Source: Alphaproteobacteria bacterium
GTDB lineage: Bacteria; Pseudomonadota; Alphaproteobacteria; CALKHQ01
Length of the DNA: 64,000 nt
Reading direction: 5' to 3'
Assembly (NCBI GenBank): GCA_965227515.1
Contig: CBDDFZ010000001.1
Span: 3,200,001 to 3,264,000 of the forward strand
Position numbers and translations under genes: made by a program. This document shows, piece by piece, positions 61,696 to 64,000 of the stretch. How positions within the stretch are numbered: the first letter of the stretch is position 1; every line of letters starts with the position of its first letter. Under the pieces are notes generated by a model. That model made no database searches and was not told the DNA's origin. It saw only the letters and a list, made by a program, of their open reading frames with translations.

Positions 61696-64000
61696 TCGCG
61701 CCCGTTGTCGTGGGGGTGGGCGTCGTCCTCCGGCGCCACCGCCGGGAAGATGGCGTGAACGATGGTGCCGCGGCCCCGGTTGCTGCGAATCCAAAGCCGG
61801 CCGCCGTGCTTCTCCGTCGCCAGCTTGGCGATCGGCAGGTCCAGGCAGACACCGCTGTTGCGCTCGTCCAGCCGGCTCCCCTGGTCGTGCGGCGGCAGCA
61901 CCACACTGTCCAGCTCGCTCTCGTCGAAGTCTGAGCTGGCATCGGCCACGCTGATCGAAAGCCCCAACCGCTTCTCGCGTCGTGGCACGATCAGAATGGT
62001 TCCGCGCGGCGGCGTGAAGCGCACCGCATTGGCCACCAACCCGTCGATGATCTTGCGCAACAGTCCGGAATCGCCCACCAGCGGTGGCAGATCGCTGTCC
62101 CCGGCCAGGCTCAGGGCAATCGACTTCGCCTTCGCCTTGTCCTGGTGCTCGGCGCAGACCTCCTTCAGGATCGGCAGCACGTCGAACGCCTCGGACTCGT
62201 CGCGAAGCGAGTGCGCGTCGATTTCCACGACCTCCAGGATCGTCTCGATAACCTCCAGCAGGTGCTGCCCGCTGTTGTGGATGTCATCGACGTAGCTCTG
62301 GTAGCGGCTGTCGCCCAGCGGCCCGTAGGGCGCCGACTGGATGATCTCCGAAAAGCCGATCACCGCGTTCAGCGGCGTGCGCAGCTCATGGCTCATCATG
62401 GTCAGGAATTCGCTCTTGGCGGCGTTGGCGCGACGGGCAGCGGCCTCGGCGGTGCGGCGCGCCGTGACATCTCGGATCACGAACGCGAACACGTGGTCCC
62501 GGTCGTGATAGAGCGTGCTGACGGCCACGTCGGCCTCAAAGGTCTGGCCGCTGCGGCGCCGGCCATCCAGGGTCTGGATGCCGCCTGCCTCGACCAAATG
62601 CACCGCAAGCGGCTTCTTCGGATCGGGCGCATCCAGCCGCGGGTCGATGAGCAGATCGGACAGCGGTGTCGGCCGCTCGCCGCTCGGTTTCAGGCCGAAC
62701 AGGTCCGCGGCGGCCTGGTTGTATGTCATCAGCCAGCCGTCGCTGTCGGTGGCGACGATCGCGTCGAAGGTGTTTTGCATGATGTCGCGCATCAGGCGGT
62801 TCACCTTCAAGGTGGCGTCGCGGTCTCTTTCCTCGCGCCGGTAGCTCGCATAGCCGATGACGATGGCCACCGCGACCGTGGCGGCGATGGGGAAACTGAC
62901 ATCGACGAGCAGGTCGGAAAGGTAGGCGATGCCGAACCCGACAACCGCGATTGCCGCGATCACGCCGATGCCCACGCCCAACTGACGGCGCGCCCGCATG
63001 CGCGGAAGGGTCATCACCAGCGCCAGCCCGAGCAGCAATGTGATGCCGAATTCGGCCATGACCACCTGTGGCGGCCGCGACAGATAGGTGTCGGACATCA
63101 GCGCGTCGATGGACTGGGCCATCAGTTCGACCCCCGGAACCGCCGGGCCATGCGACGAGGTGCCGACGTCGGCCAGGCCCTGCGCGGTGGAGCCGATAAT
63201 GACGATGCGGTCGTCCAGGCGCGCCGGGTCGTAGTCCCCGGCAAGCACGGCCCAGGCCGGCAGCCGGCGTTCCGTTGCAATCGGTCCCGGTCGAAGCCAG
63301 ATCGAGCCGTTGGCGCCGGTGTTGATGACACGGTCGCCGATCTGGACGGCGCTTACGCCCCAGTATCCGTCGGTGCGCAGCTCCACCTGTTCCACGCCCA
63401 GGGCAACACGCATGATCTCGAGCGGGAATCCCGGCAGCACCATGGGGCCGGATCGCGCGACCAGCGGCAGACGGCGGATCACACCGTCGCGATCCTGCGG
63501 CACGCTCAGATAGCCGCTGCCGACCGCCACGGCCTCCAGGACCGCGATGTTGCGGACCCGGCTGGACGCACTGGGCAGGAACTCGGCCGGGTTGTCCCCC
63601 GCCACCTGCAGGGATGGTGCAACGGCCAGCACGGAGCCAGCAGCGGACGAGCGCCCGAAGATGGCATCGCCCAACACCACCGGTGCCTCCGCCAGCGCAT
63701 CGGCGAAAACGGCATCGGAGTCCGGCATCTCCGCCGCGCGCGCGGCCACATCCGGCGCATAATCGCCAAGCGCCTGCGCCATCGCCTGTGGCGACATGCG
63801 GTCCGCTTCCACGAACATGATGTCGAAGCCGATAGCGCGCGGCCGCGCCGTGTTGATGCCCCGGGTCAACTCCGCCATCATCATGCGCGGCCAGGGCCAC
63901 TGGCCGTGGCGGGTCAGGCTTTCCTCGTCGATGTCGATGACGACGACATCCGGCTGGATGGGGTCGATCAGGCCGAGCAAGCCGATCGTGATGTCGAAGC
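61686..64000 (-). CDS. CHASE2-PAS sensor histidine kinase (5' end beyond the window)
   Basis: IDIDEESL..GQWPWPR..GFDI; PAS; H-box KSEFLTMMSHELRTPLNA. Confidence 0.88.
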   Translation of the reverse strand, partial: FDITIGLLGLIDPIQPDVVVIDIDEESLTRHGQWPWPRMMMAELTRGINTARPRAIGFDIMFVEADRMSPQAMAQALGDYAPDVAARAAEMPDSDAVFADALAEAPVVLGDAIFGRSSAAGSVLAVAPSLQVAGDNPAEFLPSASSRVRNIAVLEAVAVGSGYLSVPQDRDGVIRRLPLVARSGPMVLPGFPLEIMRVALGVEQVELRTDGYWGVSAVQIGDRVINTGANGSIWLRPGPIATERRLPAWAVLAGDYDPARLDDRIVIIGSTAQGLADVGTSSHGPAVPGVELMAQSIDALMSDTYLSRPPQVVMAEFGITLLLGLALVMTLPRMRARRQLGVGIGVIAAIAVVGFGIAYLSDLLVDVSFPIAATVAVAIVIGYASYRREERDRDATLKVNRLMRDIMQNTFDAIVATDSDGWLMTYNQAAADLFGLKPSGERPTPLSDLLIDPRLDAPDPKKPLAVHLVEAGGIQTLDGRRRSGQTFEADVAVSTLYHDRDHVFAFVIRDVTARRTAEAAARRANAAKSEFLTMMSHELRTPLNAVIGFSEIIQSAPYGPLGDSRYQSYVDDIHNSGQHLLEVIETILEVVEIDAHSLRDESEAFDVLPILKEVCAEHQDKAKAKSIALSLAGDSDLPPLVGDSGLLRKIIDGLVANAVRFTPPRGTILIVPRREKRLGLSISVADASSDFDESELDSVVLPPHDQGSRLDERNSGVCLDLPIAKLATEKHGGRLWIRSNRGRGTIVHAIFPAVAPEDDAHPHDNGRDQA

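Overview
GC-rich alphaproteobacterial chromosome segment. It is probably Rhodospirillales-like, because tRNA-His keeps G-1:C73. Housekeeping genes: parE (truncated at the left edge), glnB-glnA with a sigma54 promoter, a DEAD-box helicase, glpK, a Kef-type antiporter, a peroxiredoxin and tRNA-His. Catabolic and transport clusters: an aminobenzoate/salicylate-CoA-type set, GGT-nitrilase-ubiX-amidohydrolase-GlcG/RidA, MarR-HpaB-cupin-DUF2848 and iorAB. Main highlights: (1) an IS110/IS1111-type element inserted in a GTAG-type REP, with readable bridge-RNA target and donor guides in its right end; (2) an uncharacterised three-gene MotA/ExbB + Asp-bearing ExbD/MotB-like + membrane-protein operon; (3) next to it, a CHASE2 hybrid pseudokinase lacking all phosphotransfer residues, divergent from a FecR/33-bp-repeat protein and a lipoprotein; (4) a lower-GC MerR metal module flanked by dif-like sites; (5) two families of intergenic palindromic repeats. 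All calls come from reading motifs by eye; no database searches were run.
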